Source of the DNA: a bacterium
Lineage (GTDB): Bacteria; Bdellovibrionota; JAFGOL01
DNA: 30,472 nt
Assembly (NCBI GenBank): GCA_037128035.1
Contig: JBAXXF010000001.1
Span: 1-30,472, forward strand
Direction: 5' to 3'
Below, in pieces: positions 28,073 to 30,472 of the stretch (position 1 is the first letter of the stretch; the number at the start of each line of letters is the position of its first letter). The notes beneath the pieces were generated by a model that saw only the letters and a list, made by a program, of their open reading frames with translations, made no database searches and was not told where the DNA came from. The position numbers were made by a program, and so were the translations under genes.

Positions 28073-28806
28073 TGTCCAGCAGCAAGAGCAGGCTGATCGC
28101 TAAAGGTCTTGTAAAAAGGTTCGGTAAGCGTACCGTCGTAAATTCCGTTAGTTTTGATATTAACTCAGGCGAGGTCGTAGGGCTTTTGGGTCCTAACGGC
28201 GCCGGAAAGACCACCAGCTTTTATATGATAATAGGCTTGATAAGGAACGACGGTGGAGAGATCTTCCTTGATGAAACGGAACTTTCAAAGTTCTCCATGC
28301 ACAAGAGAGCAAGATTGGGCATAAGTTATTTGCCACAGGAACCAAGCGTTTTTAGGAAACTAACGGTAGAAGAGAACCTTTGGGTTGTTCTAGAGAATAT
28401 GCCTCTTACTTATGAACAGAGGAAAGAAAAAGCACAGGCACTTATGGAGCATTTGGGCATAGCCCACCTTGCTGCTGCAAGGTCCTTTACGCTGTCAGGT
28501 GGTGAAAGAAGAAGGGTAGAAATAGCCAGGGCCCTTGTTACGGACCCTAAGTTTATCCTTTTGGACGAGCCTTTTAGCGGTATAGACCCATTGGCAGTTA
28601 TAGATATTCAAGGTATAATCAAGGAACTCAAACGTCTGGGGATAGGGGTAATAATAACAGACCATAACGTTAGAGAGACCTTGGGGATCTGCGATAGAGC
28701 TTATATCTTAAGCGATGGGGTCATACAGGTGACCGGCACATCCAAGGAAATAGTGAAGAACGAAGTTGCAAGAAAAGCGTATCTTGGCGAGAATTTTAAA
28801 CTTTAA
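28072..28806 (+). CDS. lptB: LPS export ABC transporter ATP-binding protein
   Basis: Motifs GPNGAGKTT, YLPQE.S.F, LSGGERRR, LLDEPF.G.DP and ITDHNVRE. Confidence 0.97.
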   Translation: MSSSKSRLIAKGLVKRFGKRTVVNSVSFDINSGEVVGLLGPNGAGKTTSFYMIIGLIRNDGGEIFLDETELSKFSMHKRARLGISYLPQEPSVFRKLTVEENLWVVLENMPLTYEQRKEKAQALMEHLGIAHLAAARSFTLSGGERRRVEIARALVTDPKFILLDEPFSGIDPLAVIDIQGIIKELKRLGIGVIITDHNVRETLGICDRAYILSDGVIQVTGTSKEIVKNEVARKAYLGENFKL

Positions 28807-28817
28807 AAGGAACAATA

Positions 28818-30230
28818 ATGGGCGACCTCAAATTAAATATTAAGTTATCCCAGCAACTGGTCATGACGCCCCAGCTTCAGCAGGCTATCAAGCTGCTGCA
28901 GATGTCCAGACTAGAAATGCAACAGACCATAAACACAGAGCTCATGGAGAACCCTGTGCTTGAAGAAGTCATAGAGTCCCCTGATCCAAATATAGTATCA
29001 GAAAGTGCCGTTGCTGAAATGCCTAAGGATGTAGACAGTAGCTGGCAGAATTATGTTGAGACATATGATGCCAATTCTTCTGCACCACCGTCAATAAGAT
29101 CTTACAAGAACGTTGATGATCATTTTAATATAGAGAACATAGCTACCAGAACGGAAACACTTTATGATCACCTTGTCTGGCAGTTAAAGATGACTGGGAT
29201 GAGTAAAAAGGAAGAGACCTTTGGTGAAAAGATAATAGAGAACATAAACGACGACGGATATCTACAGGTCGATTTTAACGAATTGGCAAAGGATTCTGGG
29301 ATGTCTTATGAAGAGGCAGAAGAGGTCCTTCTTAAGATACAGGAATTCGATCCAGTTGGAGTTGGCGCAAGGGACATAAAGGAATGTCTATTACAGCAGG
29401 TAAGACAATTGCATGTAAAAGACGGCAAATTGGTCTCTTTGATAAAGAACTACCTGCCTGATCTGGAGAAAAGAAATTATCCAGCTATAGCAAGAAAACT
29501 TGATGTGCCTCTGGAAAGGGTCTATGAGCTGGCAAAGATAGTGCTCTCCCTTGAACCAAAACCTGGGCGCTCATTCTCTCAGAATGAAGCTCAGTACATA
29601 GTCCCAGATATCTATGTGCTTAAGATCGGCAATGAGTACGTAATAAGTCTTAACGACGATGGAATGCCACGTTTAAGGATAAGCAACTACTACAAGAACA
29701 TAATACATGACAAGACCGCATATATAAAAGAGAACGATAAAGAATACATAAATAACAAACTTCGCTCCGCTGTAGCACTTATAAGAAGCATACAACACAG
29801 ACAAAAAACAATTTATAAAGTGACAGAAGCCATAATGAAGAAGCAGTTGGATTTCTTAGAGCATGGTGTTTCTAAACTTAGACCGATGATACTAAGAGAG
29901 ATCGCGCAGGACGTAAGTATGCACGAATCTACCGTGAGCAGGGTAACTACCAATAAATATGTTTTCACGCCACAGGGGATCTTTGAGCTCAAGTTCTTCT
30001 TTAATAATCCTGTGTCATCTACTTCTGGCGATGACGTAGCGTCAGAGTCCGTAAGGGAAAAGATACGCCAGATGATAACTGATGAGGACACCAAGAACCC
30101 TTTGAGCGATCAGCAGATAGCGGATGAGCTCAAAAAATACAACATAGATATAGCCAGAAGGACGGTAGCCAAATACAGAGAAATGTTAGGGCTGCTTCCG
30201 TCCAGCAAAAGAAAAAAATATCTCGTTTAA
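28818..30230 (+). CDS. rpoN: RNA polymerase sigma-54 factor
   Basis: Motifs MTPQLQQAIKLLQ, HESTVSR and the RpoN box ARRTVAKYRE. Confidence 0.98.
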   Translation: MGDLKLNIKLSQQLVMTPQLQQAIKLLQMSRLEMQQTINTELMENPVLEEVIESPDPNIVSESAVAEMPKDVDSSWQNYVETYDANSSAPPSIRSYKNVDDHFNIENIATRTETLYDHLVWQLKMTGMSKKEETFGEKIIENINDDGYLQVDFNELAKDSGMSYEEAEEVLLKIQEFDPVGVGARDIKECLLQQVRQLHVKDGKLVSLIKNYLPDLEKRNYPAIARKLDVPLERVYELAKIVLSLEPKPGRSFSQNEAQYIVPDIYVLKIGNEYVISLNDDGMPRLRISNYYKNIIHDKTAYIKENDKEYINNKLRSAVALIRSIQHRQKTIYKVTEAIMKKQLDFLEHGVSKLRPMILREIAQDVSMHESTVSRVTTNKYVFTPQGIFELKFFFNNPVSSTSGDDVASESVREKIRQMITDEDTKNPLSDQQIADELKKYNIDIARRTVAKYREMLGLLPSSKRKKYLV

Positions 30231-30246
30231 ATAAGGGAGGAATTTT

Positions 30247-30472
30247 ATGCAAGTAAAGGTAACATTCAGAAGTGCAGATGCAAGGGACGACGTAAAGGCG
30301 CATGCTGAGGACAGAGTTGAGAAAATAAAGAAGTTCATGACAACACCTATCCAGGTGAATTTCATTCTTTCTAAGGATAAAATGAACCACATGTCTGAAT
30401 TGACAGTAAGTGGCGATGGCGCACATCTTACCTCTTCAGTAAAAGCAGGAGATTATTTTGCTGCTATAGACG
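30247..30472 (+). CDS. hpf: ribosome hibernation promoting factor (5' part, truncated by the window end)
   Basis: Not in the supplied ORF track. ATG at 30247 behind GGGAGG reads MQVKVTFRSADARDDVKAHAEDRVEKIKKF...DYFAAID; canonical position after rpoN. Confidence 0.9.
   Translation, partial: MQVKVTFRSADARDDVKAHAEDRVEKIKKFMTTPIQVNFILSKDKMNHMSELTVSGDGAHLTSSVKAGDYFAAID

Noticed and set aside
30130-30426. Minus-strand ORFs at the right end
   Set aside because: They are antisense to rpoN and to the unlisted hpf gene, which has a strong RBS and the canonical position.

Overview
This is a densely packed, AT-rich chromosomal window with 29 supportable CDSs, one of them cut off at the right edge. I saw no mobile element, CRISPR array, tRNA or rRNA. 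The host is Gram-negative (Kdo/Lpt genes). A DgcB-like FHA-GGDEF cyclase, a PocR-type sigma54 activator and the kdsB-pyrG-kdsA-kdsD-kdsC-lpt-rpoN-hpf gene order suggest a deltaproteobacterial/Bdellovibrionota-like lineage; this is inference, not a database result. Housekeeping genes are pgi, engB, ackA, metK, ftsQ/A/Z, msrC, pruA, thrS, kdsBADC, pyrG, an lptC-lptA fusion, lptB, rpoN and hpf. Signalling and accessory genes are the FHA-GGDEF cyclase, a STAS-like/Zn-ribbon/PilZ protein, an FHA-TM-periplasmic protein, two convergent sigma54 activators, an ECF sigma with a tandem-ZAS anti-sigma, an orphan radical SAM enzyme and a collagen-like lipoprotein. Most unusual: (1) ftsQ is inverted head-to-head with ftsAZ across a 12-bp palindrome carrying TATAAT on both strands; (2) several genes appear leaderless; (3) a candidate phosphothreonine/FHA module may link c-di-GMP signalling to cell division, with a similar TNV[VI] motif in the cyclase tail and the Thr-rich FtsZ linker; (4) the anti-sigma is built from a ~77-aa repeat. 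Promoter and terminator calls are motif-based only.
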